Shown here piece after piece: positions 30,226 through 40,212 of a stretch of DNA of 64,000 nt. How positions within the stretch are numbered: position 1 is the stretch's first letter; each line of letters starts with the position of its first letter. The position numbers and the translations under genes were made by a program. Below the pieces are notes generated by a model. It searched no databases. It saw nothing but the letters and a program-made list of their open reading frames with translations, and was not told the DNA's origin. This DNA is from Planctomycetota bacterium (GTDB lineage Bacteria > Planctomycetota > UBA8108 > SXIK01), in assembly GCA_965223265.1 (NCBI GenBank), contig OZ244999.1:1344001-1408000 (forward strand), read 5' to 3'.

Positions 30226-30403
30226 CAGCCTGTTGAAAAAGTGCTTCGAGCCGAAAACTGGTCTCTTCGCGTCCAGATCGGCCGCGGCAAACGCAGGTAA
30301 TCTCCGAGCCCTCTTCTATATAAGGTATACGGCGAGTATTGACGCGGTCGAGCTGGGCGTGAAGAGGCCGGTTTCTCGGCCGAATGACTTTTTCAACGGG
30401 CTG
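30226..30403. mobile_element. MITE-like element A, copy 2 (178 bp)
   Basis: Same arms as 24245-24403; flanked by a TTGA direct repeat (30222-30225 and 30404-30407); central 5 nt replaced by 24 nt. Confidence 0.9.
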
Positions 30404-30443
30404 TTGAGGCAAGTCTTCGACCCTGTCCGTCAGGAATCTCGAC

Positions 30444-31802
30444 ATGACGCTTTCGTTTGAATTTCCGATCTCTCGCCGCCAGCTTCTGAGCAGCGCTACG
30501 TGTGGCTTCGGCAGCATCGCGCTGGCTGGCCTGACGGCGGCGGCTTCGGAACGGCCCTCCCATGCTGCAGCGGCCCCGCTACCGCACTTTCGGCCGCGGG
30601 CGCGGCGAGTGATCTTCCTGTTCATGCGCGGCGGGCCGTCGCACGTAGATACCTTCGACTACAAGCCGGAGCTGCAATCGAATCACGACCAAGTGCTCTC
30701 CGACGGCAAGCTCATGGCGTCGCCGTGGAGCTTCCGGCGCTATGGCGACTCGGGACTCACGATCTCAGCGCTCTTCCCTCATTTGGCCAGGCACGCCGAT
30801 GAGCTTTGTGTCATCAACAGCATGCACTGCGACAGCTTCGCCCATCCGGGCGCGACGATCCAGATGCACACTGGCTCGACGACGTTCGTCCGCCCGTCGA
30901 TGGGGGCGTGGGTGCTCTACGGTTTGGGTACAGGTAATGACGACCTGCCTGGATTCGTGACGATCAACCCGACGTCGAACTTCGGCGGCGCGCAGAACTA
31001 CGGTAGCGCCTTTCTGCCGGCGAAACATCAGGGGACGCCTTTGAGCGACAAGGCGCATCCGATGGTGTCCAATTTGACGAACGCCACGGTGACGCGCGCC
31101 GCTCAGCGCCAGCAGCTCGATTTTTTGCGCGACCTGAACGCAGAGCTGCGTAAACGCTGGGAAGAAGACCAGCGTATCGATGCTGTGATCGAGTCGTACG
31201 AGCTTGGATTCCGCATGCAGGGCTCGATGGGCGACGTACTCGATGTTGGACGCGAGAATGCAACGACTCGTGAGCTCTACGGCGTCGACGACAGGGCGAC
31301 TGCCAGATTCGGGACGCAGTGCCTCATGGCTCGGCGGATGATCGAAGCTGGAGTAAGATACGTTGAGATCGACAACGGCGGCTGGGATCAACACACCAAT
31401 CTTCGCGGTCAACACGCAGCCCGCGCACGCGGCGTCGACAAACCGATCGCCGGACTGCTCACTGACTTGAAGCAGCGCGGACTGCTTGACGACACGCTGG
31501 TCGTCTGGGGCGGCGAGTTCGGTCGTCGGCCGTTCGTGCAGTTCGCCACGGGACGAGGCCACAACAACCTCGGCTTCTCAATGTGGATGGCCGGCGGCGG
31601 CAGTCGAGGCGGGCTGCAGTTCGGCGCCACCGATGAGATCGGCCATCGTGCAGTCGAAGACCGCGTGCATGTTCACGACCTCCACGCAACGATCCTCCAT
31701 CTCCTCGGGCTCGATCACACGCGCTTGACGTACCGCTATGGTGGTCGCGACTTCCGCCTGACGGACGTCTACGGCCGAGCCGTCCCTGAGCTGATTGCGT
31801 GA
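30444..31802 (+). CDS. DUF1501 family protein (Tat signal), partner of the upstream cytochrome c/DUF1553 gene
   Basis: SRRQLL leader; RVIFLFMRGGPSHVDTFDYKP; GWDQH; GEFGRRP; GGRDFRLTDVYG. Confidence 0.93.
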   Translation: MTLSFEFPISRRQLLSSATCGFGSIALAGLTAAASERPSHAAAAPLPHFRPRARRVIFLFMRGGPSHVDTFDYKPELQSNHDQVLSDGKLMASPWSFRRYGDSGLTISALFPHLARHADELCVINSMHCDSFAHPGATIQMHTGSTTFVRPSMGAWVLYGLGTGNDDLPGFVTINPTSNFGGAQNYGSAFLPAKHQGTPLSDKAHPMVSNLTNATVTRAAQRQQLDFLRDLNAELRKRWEEDQRIDAVIESYELGFRMQGSMGDVLDVGRENATTRELYGVDDRATARFGTQCLMARRMIEAGVRYVEIDNGGWDQHTNLRGQHAARARGVDKPIAGLLTDLKQRGLLDDTLVVWGGEFGRRPFVQFATGRGHNNLGFSMWMAGGGSRGGLQFGATDEIGHRAVEDRVHVHDLHATILHLLGLDHTRLTYRYGGRDFRLTDVYGRAVPELIA

Positions 31803-31928
31803 AAGGAAGGTCGCGCGTCAGAAACGGGCGAGCGAATGGGCAGCGTCGAGGCAAATCGTGCGTCCGTGCCGCGCGTCGATTCGGTGACTTTCGACGCCGT
31901 CTTGTGTTTCCAGAAATCGGTCACAATC

Positions 31929-33155
31929 ATGCCCAAGATCACAGCCATCGAGACGACCGTTCCCGTGAATGTCATGCCCCACCTGATCTTGGTGCGAATC
32001 CACACCGAAGACGGCCTGATCGGATGTGGGGAAACTTTCTACACGCCGGACGCCATCGCGGCGCTGATCCACGACTGGATGGCGGAGCGCCTGCTCGGTG
32101 CGGAAGCAACCGACATCGAAGCGCACTGGCGTTTTCTGTACGAACGTGCCACCGCGTTCGGTACTCCCGGAGCAGAGATGCGCGCCCTCTCCGCGATCGA
32201 CGTTGCGCTCTGGGATCTCCTTGGGCAGGTGTGCAACCAACCGGTTTGGAAGCTGCTCGGCGGCGCGGTTCAAGAACGTGTCCGCATCTACAATACGTGC
32301 GGCGGGCCGGGCTATGGTGCCATCCTGCGATCGACGAGCGACGCTCCGAGTCACCCGGGCTGGCCCGGCTACGGGGACGAAGGCGAGCCCGGGCCGCTGC
32401 AGGACAACTGGTCATCGACTCATGCCGCTGGCGACCTCGCCGAGGAGCTCGTAGCGGAAGGCATCACCGGCATGAAGGTGTGGCCGTTCGACCGCTACGC
32501 CCACCGCAGCGGCGGACTTTATCTCTCGCGAGCTGATCTTGAAAAGGGCATGCAGCCCTTGCGAGAGATTCGCGCGCGCGTTGGCGACGCGATTGAAATC
32601 ATGATCGAGGGGCACGCTTTCTTCGAACTGCCGGCGGCGCTGCGGTTGGCTGACGCGCTGAAGGAGATCCATCCTCTTTGGCTCGAGGACGTTTTGCGGG
32701 TCGACAACGTGGAAACGCTTGCGGACTTCCGCCGGCAGTCGCGGCTGCCCGTTGCGGCGACGGAGATGCTGCTGGGGCGGTCGTCGTATCTATCCCTCCT
32801 GAAAGCCGGTGCGTGCGACTACGTCATGGTCGATCCCACCTGGGCGGGGGGCATCAGCGAGACTCGGCGCATCGTTGAGCTGGCGCAGACGTTCAATGTC
32901 CCGGCCACGATGCACGACTGCACTGGTCCATTGACTCTCTTCGCAGGGCTGCATTGTGCTGCCGCCTCGGCGAACGTCGTCCTTCAAGAGACCGTCCGCG
33001 CCCACATTCGGACGTTCTACTCGCGGCTCATCGATCGTCAGCCGCAGATCGACCATGGCTTTCTCATGCCGCCCGCGGACCCTGGCCTAGGCACTGCACT
33101 GCTGCCGGAGTTGTTTGCATCGGGTGGACGTCAATTCCGGCGTAGTGAGGTTTGA
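31929..33155 (+). CDS. Mandelate racemase/muconate lactonizing enzyme family dehydratase
   Basis: LVRIHTEDGLIGCGETF, ALSAIDVALWDLLG, GMKVWPFD, IMIEGH, WLED, MHDCTGP. Confidence 0.88.
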   Translation: MPKITAIETTVPVNVMPHLILVRIHTEDGLIGCGETFYTPDAIAALIHDWMAERLLGAEATDIEAHWRFLYERATAFGTPGAEMRALSAIDVALWDLLGQVCNQPVWKLLGGAVQERVRIYNTCGGPGYGAILRSTSDAPSHPGWPGYGDEGEPGPLQDNWSSTHAAGDLAEELVAEGITGMKVWPFDRYAHRSGGLYLSRADLEKGMQPLREIRARVGDAIEIMIEGHAFFELPAALRLADALKEIHPLWLEDVLRVDNVETLADFRRQSRLPVAATEMLLGRSSYLSLLKAGACDYVMVDPTWAGGISETRRIVELAQTFNVPATMHDCTGPLTLFAGLHCAAASANVVLQETVRAHIRTFYSRLIDRQPQIDHGFLMPPADPGLGTALLPELFASGGRQFRRSEV

Positions 33156-33167
33156 ACCAAAAGCGCG

Positions 33168-34433
33168 ATGCCGACTCGGACTCGCTACCGCATCCTCGGA
33201 GTCACCACGCTTGCCGCGGTGCTCCTCTACTTAGATCGAATCTGCATAAGCGAGATCGTCAAGCTGGATGCGTTCCAGAGCGAGCTCGGCCTTTCCCCCG
33301 AACAGATCGGGGCCGTGCTGTCGTCTTTCTTCTTTGCGTACGCGCTGGCCCAGGTTCCGGCCGGGTGGCTCGCCGACCGTTTTGGGGCGCGCCGCATGAT
33401 GCCGGTGTACATAGTTTTGTGGTCTGTCTGCACGGTGCTGACGGGATTGGCGAGCGGTTTCGTCATGCTGATCATCGCGCGACTGGTTTTCGGCGTCGCG
33501 CAGGCCGGGTGCTACCCCACTGCCGGCAGTCTGATCAAGCGGTGGACGCCGCTTCAGGCGCGCGGGACGGCCAGCAGCATCGTTTCCGTCGGTGGCCGGA
33601 TAGGCGGTGCGATCGCCCCGGCGCTGACTGCGTGGCTTCTCGCGGATTACTTGGAGTGGCGCGGTGTGCTGTTTCTGTACGGCCTTTCCGGACTTCTCGT
33701 GGCCCTCGCCTTCTCCATCGAATTTCGGGAATCGCCTCGCGAGCATCCAAGGTGCGACGCGGCGGAACGGGAGCTCATCGAAGCCGGCACTGCGGTCGCT
33801 TCGGATACTTCGCCGCCGCCGTTTCCCCCTCTCCTTCCGCTCGTGCGTAGCACGACGATGTGGCGCATGTGCGCGCTGCAGTACGGTATCAACATCGGGT
33901 GGGTGTTCCTGGTCACTTGGCTGCCGACGTTTCTGAAGGACGTGAAGGGTGTTGATCCGAAGGTGGGGGGATGGATGTCGACCCTTGTTCTCGTCGCCGG
34001 CATCGCCGGCATGCTCTGCGGCGGGCGTGTTACCGATTTTGCCGCGCAGCGGCTAGGAGTGCGGTGGGGGCGGTCACTTCCTCTGATCGTCTGCTATGCC
34101 ATAGCCGTCCTCGCGTATCTCTCGTGTCTTCTTTGGGATTCGGCGTGGGCGTTCATCGCAGCAGCCTCGGTGGTGGCGTTCTTCACTGATCTCAGCGTTC
34201 CTGCGATTTGGGCTTACATGCAGGACGTCGGCGGTAAGAACACGGCGGCCGTCTTCGGCTGGGGAAACATGTGGGGCAATCTGGGAGCAGCCACCACACC
34301 GCTTCTCGTGCCGATCGTGCTTGAGAGGTGGGACGGGAACGGCGACTGGCACGAGGCGTTTCTACTCTTCTCGGGTGGCTACCTGATTGCAGGGTTCGCT
34401 GCGCTTGGTATCGACGCTCGCGACGAGGTGTAG
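33168..34433 (+). CDS. MFS transporter, anion:cation symporter (sugar-acid) type
   Basis: LYLDRICIS, AQVPAGWLADRFGAR, GWGNMWGNLG; co-oriented 12 bp after the dehydratase. Confidence 0.88.
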   Translation: MPTRTRYRILGVTTLAAVLLYLDRICISEIVKLDAFQSELGLSPEQIGAVLSSFFFAYALAQVPAGWLADRFGARRMMPVYIVLWSVCTVLTGLASGFVMLIIARLVFGVAQAGCYPTAGSLIKRWTPLQARGTASSIVSVGGRIGGAIAPALTAWLLADYLEWRGVLFLYGLSGLLVALAFSIEFRESPREHPRCDAAERELIEAGTAVASDTSPPPFPPLLPLVRSTTMWRMCALQYGINIGWVFLVTWLPTFLKDVKGVDPKVGGWMSTLVLVAGIAGMLCGGRVTDFAAQRLGVRWGRSLPLIVCYAIAVLAYLSCLLWDSAWAFIAAASVVAFFTDLSVPAIWAYMQDVGGKNTAAVFGWGNMWGNLGAATTPLLVPIVLERWDGNGDWHEAFLLFSGGYLIAGFAALGIDARDEV

Positions 34434-34560
34434 CCCCAGGAAATGGGTGACGGGTAGGCCTGATCACTCGGCGCGGCAGCTGATCGTGGCGGCGGTAATG
34501 TGCATCGACATCGTGCTCGAGGAGTATCTGTCCCAACGATTTCCAGAGTGCGAAGGGACG

Positions 34561-36930
34561 TCACTTACGCTCGACGATGAACCCGTGGTAGAGCCCCATG
34601 TAGTACGGGAGTAGGAACGCTGCGCCGTCGTCGAGGCGTCGACCGTCGCCGCCGTAGTCCAGCTGCCACGGGTCGTGATTCCAGTGAGAGACGTTGCGTT
34701 CGTCGATGGGCAGCACCTTGCCGTTGACTCGATGGCCTCGTCCGACTCTGCGGAAGCCAGTTGCCAAAAGCTCAACGTCGATGCGGTGACTGTTCTTGAG
34801 CGCCCACTGGACGCGGTCGAGCGGAAAGCGCTTGAGGGTGTCGAGCGCGTCGACAAGTATGTCCTGCGGCATCAGTCGCCGACTCCAGCGACTCTCCACT
34901 CCCTCCATGCACGCCGCAAAGATGTAGTTGAAGAGCGGGCAGAGCTCCGGCTGTTCCATGCGCCAATAACTGAAGAGAGATCGAATGTACTTTTGCCGGT
35001 GCGCAGGGTTCTTCGCGTACTTGAGCAGATTGTAGTAGCACATGAACGCCATCTCGTCGTCCGATTGGTTGCCTGTTCCCGGCCCCTCGAAATACTTCGC
35101 GACGACGGCGTTCATGGCGTAGCCGTGATCTTTGATCAACTCTTCGTAGGCGTCGTGGTAGCGGGCATCGCCGCTCATGTGTTCTGCAACCTTCAGATAG
35201 GAGAGGATGCTGAGCGAGTTGAGGCCGCGGCCACCCGACCAGAGCTCGTGATTCAGAACCTGAGGACCGAAGTGCGCCCAGCGCGTCGGTTTGCCGTCGT
35301 GGTCGATCAAGTTGAAGTCGTTGCGGAGGAGGTGATCGGTGATGGCGAGGCAGACTTCGCGCACCGCAGCTCTCTCGTCGTCGGTTTCAGCGACCAAGTC
35401 GTAGTAGCATGCATAGAAGAAGTAGTGGCCATCGAGTTCGTCGGAGCTGGTGTCAGTCTTCCAGTACCACTTGCCGTCCTCACTGACGGGCCAGCGGGGC
35501 TCGATGATCTTCCATTGCGGGTCACGTTCGCGGCGCGCGCGATCGCGCTCCGCGTTGGCGTGATCATTCGGATTTCGACCCGAGGTTGGGAGGATGCTGC
35601 GCGCTGGGAATCCTGGTTGTGTCGGGTGTGTCCCGCCCTGTGTTACCTCGCTCAAGAAACGGAGCGCCTCGAACACCTTGGTGGCTCGCGACTTGGCCGC
35701 TGGTTCGCGCGTGACCGCATAACGGAAGCATTCAGCTGCTCCGTACATGGCTGTCCAAAGGCCATCGTTGTCGCTGTCGTGATTGGACCATTCGCTGCGG
35801 TCGTCGGGGCGCGCCAGCATCGCTTCCAAAACGTAGCCGTACGGTGTGCGTCGGTGATATTTGTCGATCGCATCGCTCAGCAGCTGCGCCTTGCGCGCTA
35901 GAGTCATGGGGCGTCGTTCGATGACTCCTACGCCGCTAGAGGTCGCGAACCACGCGTCGCCCTTTTCGGTGACTGCGATCGCTCGCACCTCATCGGCTGG
36001 CAACCATCGTCGTCCCTGCCGGTACGCCCAATGAGCGCCGTCGTATCGAATCGCACCCATGCGTGTGCCAAACCAGACGACGCCCTCCTCCGCGGCGGCC
36101 ACTGTTGTGAAGTCGTTGTAAGGCAAACCGTCGTGGCCGGTGAAGAGGGTCCAACCCTCTTTGTCTTTGCAGCCCACGCCTTGCACGCTGGCAAACCACA
36201 ATCTTCCGTCTCGATCAAAGGTGACTCCGCGCACGTCCTGCGGCGCCCAGCTTCGCGTGGCTGTGCGTGGGTAGACGATCGTCCAGTCGCCGCCACGATC
36301 GCGCGCAAACAACCCCGACGAGGCTGCGACGGCGACGCGTCCGTCGCTTGCGACGGCAACCTGTCGTACGCTGCGATCGTGCCCAAGGAGTCGGTCCAAC
36401 GCGCGCAGCGATTCAAACTCACGGCCATTCGACGTGAACAAACCTTGGCTTGTGGCCAGCCAGAGAGTGTCACTAACTGCCAAATCGTTCAAGTCGTCGG
36501 TGGAGATATGGGTCGGCAGCTTCGCGACGAGGCTGACTCCGCCCGCCGCCAATCGGTAGACCGCATCGCCGGCGGCCACCAGAAGACCGGTGCCGGACGA
36601 GCTCGCGAGGTAGACCTCCTTCGGTAAATCAGGCACGACGCTCCAAGTGCCGTTTGCAAGCCGTACCAGACCTTGTGTGGTTCCGGCGTACACACCCTCA
36701 GGCGTCACGGCGACAGTGCGGACATCGTCTGACGGGAGTCCGTGCTGTGAAGTGTAGACCGTACGGACTTCTGCGTCGAACGTGCCGACGTCGACCCCTT
36801 CGAGTCTCGCGCCGTCCGCACCCTCTTGAGCAAAGGTCAGGGCAGCCACCGGCGAGACGATCACGGACACGGCGAGGGCGACTGCGAGCAGTCGACTCTG
36901 AGTGGCACTCCACTTTGCGCATCGTCCCAT
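34561..36930 (-). CDS. Secreted protein: two-component-regulator-type beta-propeller + putative helical (alpha/alpha) catalytic domain
   Basis: GLPSDDV, GLPYND and WLPADEV propeller repeats; C-half SDNDGLWTAMY, WKTDTSSDELDGH, NQSDDEMAF. Start uncertain (ORF track gives 37053). Confidence 0.7.
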   Translation of the reverse strand: MGRCAKWSATQSRLLAVALAVSVIVSPVAALTFAQEGADGARLEGVDVGTFDAEVRTVYTSQHGLPSDDVRTVAVTPEGVYAGTTQGLVRLANGTWSVVPDLPKEVYLASSSGTGLLVAAGDAVYRLAAGGVSLVAKLPTHISTDDLNDLAVSDTLWLATSQGLFTSNGREFESLRALDRLLGHDRSVRQVAVASDGRVAVAASSGLFARDRGGDWTIVYPRTATRSWAPQDVRGVTFDRDGRLWFASVQGVGCKDKEGWTLFTGHDGLPYNDFTTVAAAEEGVVWFGTRMGAIRYDGAHWAYRQGRRWLPADEVRAIAVTEKGDAWFATSSGVGVIERRPMTLARKAQLLSDAIDKYHRRTPYGYVLEAMLARPDDRSEWSNHDSDNDGLWTAMYGAAECFRYAVTREPAAKSRATKVFEALRFLSEVTQGGTHPTQPGFPARSILPTSGRNPNDHANAERDRARRERDPQWKIIEPRWPVSEDGKWYWKTDTSSDELDGHYFFYACYYDLVAETDDERAAVREVCLAITDHLLRNDFNLIDHDGKPTRWAHFGPQVLNHELWSGGRGLNSLSILSYLKVAEHMSGDARYHDAYEELIKDHGYAMNAVVAKYFEGPGTGNQSDDEMAFMCYYNLLKYAKNPAHRQKYIRSLFSYWRMEQPELCPLFNYIFAACMEGVESRWSRRLMPQDILVDALDTLKRFPLDRVQWALKNSHRIDVELLATGFRRVGRGHRVNGKVLPIDERNVSHWNHDPWQLDYGGDGRRLDDGAAFLLPYYMGLYHGFIVERK

Positions 36931-37104
36931 CTGTCTCCACTTGGGCAACGAATAGACCTCGAAGTCGGAGGTAGGCACATTTCTCACGAGTTTCATCTCT
37001 CTAGTTTGGGCGTCGACGAAATGCGCGATCTCTCCGAAGAAAGAAGAGTTCACGCCTTGGGCGGGGAAAACAGCTCGGGAACTTTAAGTCGTTGCGGCAA
37101 GGCA

Positions 37105-37126
37105 GGCGCGAAATGGCCGAACTCGA
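37105..37126. repeat. Isolated terminal-repeat remnant of element B
   Basis: GGCGCGAAATGGCCGAACTCGA shares CGCGAAATGGCCGAACTCGA with 24640-24659. Confidence 0.65.
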
Positions 37127-37174
37127 ACCGATCGAGATGGACGACGTGCGCCAAGCCGGGAGCGAGGAGGACGT

Positions 37175-38605
37175 TCAGGCGAGAATGCTTTTGACGACTT
37201 TGCCGCCGTGGGCGATCGGCACCGGGCGGTCGAGGCGATCGGCGACGGTCAGATCTGGGTCGACGCCGAGAAGATGATAGATCGTGGCGACAAAGTCAGC
37301 GGGTGAGACCTTGTCAGACGTCGGTGACGCGGCATACCTGTCAGTGGTTCCATGCACGTAGCCCTGCTTGACGCCGCCGCCGGCGAGCAGACTGAAGCCG
37401 CACTGCGGCCAGTGGTCGCGCCCGGCGCGTCGGTTGATCCGCGGCGTGCGTCCCATTTCTCCCATCACGATGACGAGTGTCGATTCCAGCAGCCCACGCT
37501 CCTCGAGGTCTTCGATCAAAGTCGGGAACACCGTGTCGAGCAGCGGCAAATTGAAGTCGCGCAGCATGCCGAAGTTGTTCGAGTGCATGTCGTACGCGTG
37601 GCCGTAGTGCGCGTAGATGTCTTGGTGGACGCTGACGAACGGCACTCCAGCTTCCACGAGACGCCTCGCGGCGAGCAAGCTCGAGCCGAAGAGGTTGCGT
37701 CCATAGCGCTCGCGAATAACGTCGGGTTCGCGTGAAATGTCGAACGCTTCTCGAGCACGACTAGAAAGAAGTAGGTCAAACGCTTGCTGTTGAAACCGGT
37801 TCATGCTGCGCAGCGATCCTGACGACTCGAGCGTCCGCAGTTCGTCGTCCAGCTGCCGCAGCAACGAGCGGCGACTTTGCAGCCGGTCCGCAGTGATTCC
37901 TGGTACGTCATCGAGTGACGGCATGCGCGGCTCGCCTTGCGGCATGACAGGATCGTAGTGCTGAAATGATGGCTCACGGTCGAAGGTCGGCGCCGAGCGG
38001 GTGAACAGCGGATCGTACTCCTGGCCAAGGAAGCCCCCGTACGGTCCACGTCGACGCCAGTTCTGCCCTTCGCCCGGAAAGTTTGGCATACAGACAGCAC
38101 CGGGAAGATCCTTGGGCCCCAAACCGAGATATTGGCAGACCGCACCGATGTCCGGTGGGTCTGTTGGCATCGCCTGGGAAAGCGGCTTGTCGTCCGTGAA
38201 GCCGGTCATGATCGGCAAGGGGTCGTGAGAGTTGAAGCCGTGCGAGAAGCTGCGGATGAGGGTCGCCTTGTGCATCAGACGAGCCGTTCGCGGCAGGAGC
38301 TCGCAGATCTGCAGACCAGGTACCGAGGTGGAGATCGGACGGAACTCGCCACGGATTTCACTCGGCGCGTCCGGCTTCATGTCGAACATGTCGATGTGGC
38401 TGGGCCCACCGAGCAGGTTGAACAGGATCACCGACTTCGCTTTGGCGGTGCGGCGGCGTGAGGGATCAACTCGCGCGGCTGCGAGCAACCGCGGAACGGT
38501 CATGCCAGAGAAACCGGCGAAGAGCGACAAACCGCCCACGCGCATCATCTCTCGACGCGGGATCGCATCGCACAACTTCGTGGTACCACCGAGGATCCGA
38601 AGCAT
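37175..38605 (-). CDS. DUF1501 family protein
   Basis: PRREMMR leader; KSVILFNLLGGPSHIDMFDMKP; YDMH; GEMGRTP; GRDHWP. Confidence 0.92.
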   Translation of the reverse strand: MLRILGGTTKLCDAIPRREMMRVGGLSLFAGFSGMTVPRLLAAARVDPSRRRTAKAKSVILFNLLGGPSHIDMFDMKPDAPSEIRGEFRPISTSVPGLQICELLPRTARLMHKATLIRSFSHGFNSHDPLPIMTGFTDDKPLSQAMPTDPPDIGAVCQYLGLGPKDLPGAVCMPNFPGEGQNWRRRGPYGGFLGQEYDPLFTRSAPTFDREPSFQHYDPVMPQGEPRMPSLDDVPGITADRLQSRRSLLRQLDDELRTLESSGSLRSMNRFQQQAFDLLLSSRAREAFDISREPDVIRERYGRNLFGSSLLAARRLVEAGVPFVSVHQDIYAHYGHAYDMHSNNFGMLRDFNLPLLDTVFPTLIEDLEERGLLESTLVIVMGEMGRTPRINRRAGRDHWPQCGFSLLAGGGVKQGYVHGTTDRYAASPTSDKVSPADFVATIYHLLGVDPDLTVADRLDRPVPIAHGGKVVKSILA

Positions 38606-38943
38606 CGCCGCACTCCTTCGTTTGGGGGCGGATGGAATTGAGGACCATATCGTAACATCACGAAGGATCCTTAAACTACGATTCTCAACGCATTTTCAGA
38701 AGCCTGGAAGGGGACTCACCCGTAGGCGTTACGTATTCACTTCTCAGTGTCGTGCGGGTAGAACATCTTCAACGAAATCGTCGGTTGGGGATTCAGAGGG
38801 ACGTCCGAACGAGACGCCAACTCTCGGTGAGAGCTGAAAAGGTGGCGCATCAAGCGTCTTCTTCTTGAGGTGGCCCCACCGCAGTGACGCGTGGCGTTCA
38901 CCGGCCGGCCGGGTCTCGATGCACAAGCTGGAAGCGATTGGGT

Positions 38944-40212
38944 ATGGCTGACTTTCCGAAGGTCTTGCGGTTGACCCCGCACTTCTACCGCAGCGGGATC
39001 TGGCCGATTGCGTTTGACCCCGTGGGCGGGCTTCAGACCCAGACGTGGAGACTCACAGAAGAGTTAGCGAAGTCCGGGATTTCGCAGACGGTCTTGACGA
39101 GCCACATCCCTGGTCACCCTCGCCGCACACGATCGACCCCTTTTGTGCAAGTTGACAGTGTTGGCGTGCCGCTTCCACAGGTTGCCGCATTTCGACTTTC
39201 AAATCTGGCTTGGTTTCTTGGCGTTGCATGGCGCTTGATTGCGAGTCGGTTCGAGCACGACCTGATCCATATTCACTACAATCATTCGGTTTGGTGCCGC
39301 GCGCTGACGATGGTTGCGCAGCGACTCGACGTGCCGGTCGTAGTGACGCTCAGCACTGAGCTCTGGGTGAACAAGGAGCGTCGCGTCCGTCCGTCGAAGC
39401 GAGGTCTTGACGTCGGGCGTTGGATCGAGCGCAAGGCGATCGGATCGTGCGATCGTGTGGTCACACTGACGCATCGAGATGCTGATCGCTGGTTGGGTGA
39501 GCTTGACTTAGAGCCTGAGCGGGTCATCGTGATTCCCGATGCAATCGACGTCGAGGAGTTCTCCGTGCCGATCAGCGGCGACGTTACGCAAGCATTTCGC
39601 AGACGCTTTGCAATCCCTGAGGATCGGCCAGTCGTCGCCTTCATCGGCAGAATCCGAAGCGAGAAGGGGTGGCAGGACTTGCCGTTCCTCCTGCGAGAGC
39701 TTTCCAGTACCGGAGCTCATCTATTGGTCTGTGGCGATGGCCCGGATCGATGGAAGCTCGAACAGGTGCTCCGCGATTGCGGAGGTGGAACATCCTGGAG
39801 CGTTACCGGGTTTCTGAATCCGACGGACGTCAAGGTGGCGCTCCAAATTGCCAGCGTTCTGATCTTGCCGTCGCGGCGCGAAGCGTTTGGTGGTGTGTTG
39901 CTGGAAGCCATGGCGTCCGGGGTCCCGGCCGTTGCGTACGCGGTCGGCGGTGTCGTGGAGGTCGCGGGGACGCCAAATGCGATTGTTCTCGCTCCGCCCG
40001 GTGATCGGTCTCTCTTCGCCACCGCGGTTGTCGAGATCCTTCAGTGTGGTCGGAGGCGGAACCTCATGATCGAGCGCGGGCGCCGTCGGGTGACGGAGTA
40101 CCGTTTGCGCAGCGCGGGTCGGAGGACGGAGCACCTCTACCGAGAGCTGTGCCGTGGCGGCGCTACAATACCAGGTCAGGACTCGCTGGCTTCTCAGATA
40201 GGGGCTTCATGA
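38944..40212 (+). CDS. GT4 glycosyltransferase resembling aminoglycoside 2-deoxystreptamine glycosyltransferases (NeoD/BtrM/KanF type)
   Basis: GT4 motif PSRREAFGGVLLEAMASG (E-x7-E). N-terminus KVLRLTPHFY...WPIAFDPVGGLQTQ...PGHPR and GRIRSEKGWQD resemble the NeoD-type VLRLTPFF...WPAEFDAVGGMQ signature as I recall it. Confidence 0.85.
   Translation: MADFPKVLRLTPHFYRSGIWPIAFDPVGGLQTQTWRLTEELAKSGISQTVLTSHIPGHPRRTRSTPFVQVDSVGVPLPQVAAFRLSNLAWFLGVAWRLIASRFEHDLIHIHYNHSVWCRALTMVAQRLDVPVVVTLSTELWVNKERRVRPSKRGLDVGRWIERKAIGSCDRVVTLTHRDADRWLGELDLEPERVIVIPDAIDVEEFSVPISGDVTQAFRRRFAIPEDRPVVAFIGRIRSEKGWQDLPFLLRELSSTGAHLLVCGDGPDRWKLEQVLRDCGGGTSWSVTGFLNPTDVKVALQIASVLILPSRREAFGGVLLEAMASGVPAVAYAVGGVVEVAGTPNAIVLAPPGDRSLFATAVVEILQCGRRRNLMIERGRRRVTEYRLRSAGRRTEHLYRELCRGGATIPGQDSLASQIGAS

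Noticed and set aside
24245-30403. Two element-A copies as ends of a 6-kb composite transposon (their right ends are exactly 6000 bp apart)
   Set aside because: Each copy has its own different target duplication (CTAG vs TTGA) and the second splits a conserved gene pair, so these are independent insertions; the round spacing is taken as coincidence.
38640-38940. Riboswitch or ncRNA in the long leader of the GT cassette
   Set aside because: Small hairpins are present but no TPP, cobalamin, SAM, glycine or c-di-GMP consensus could be matched by eye.
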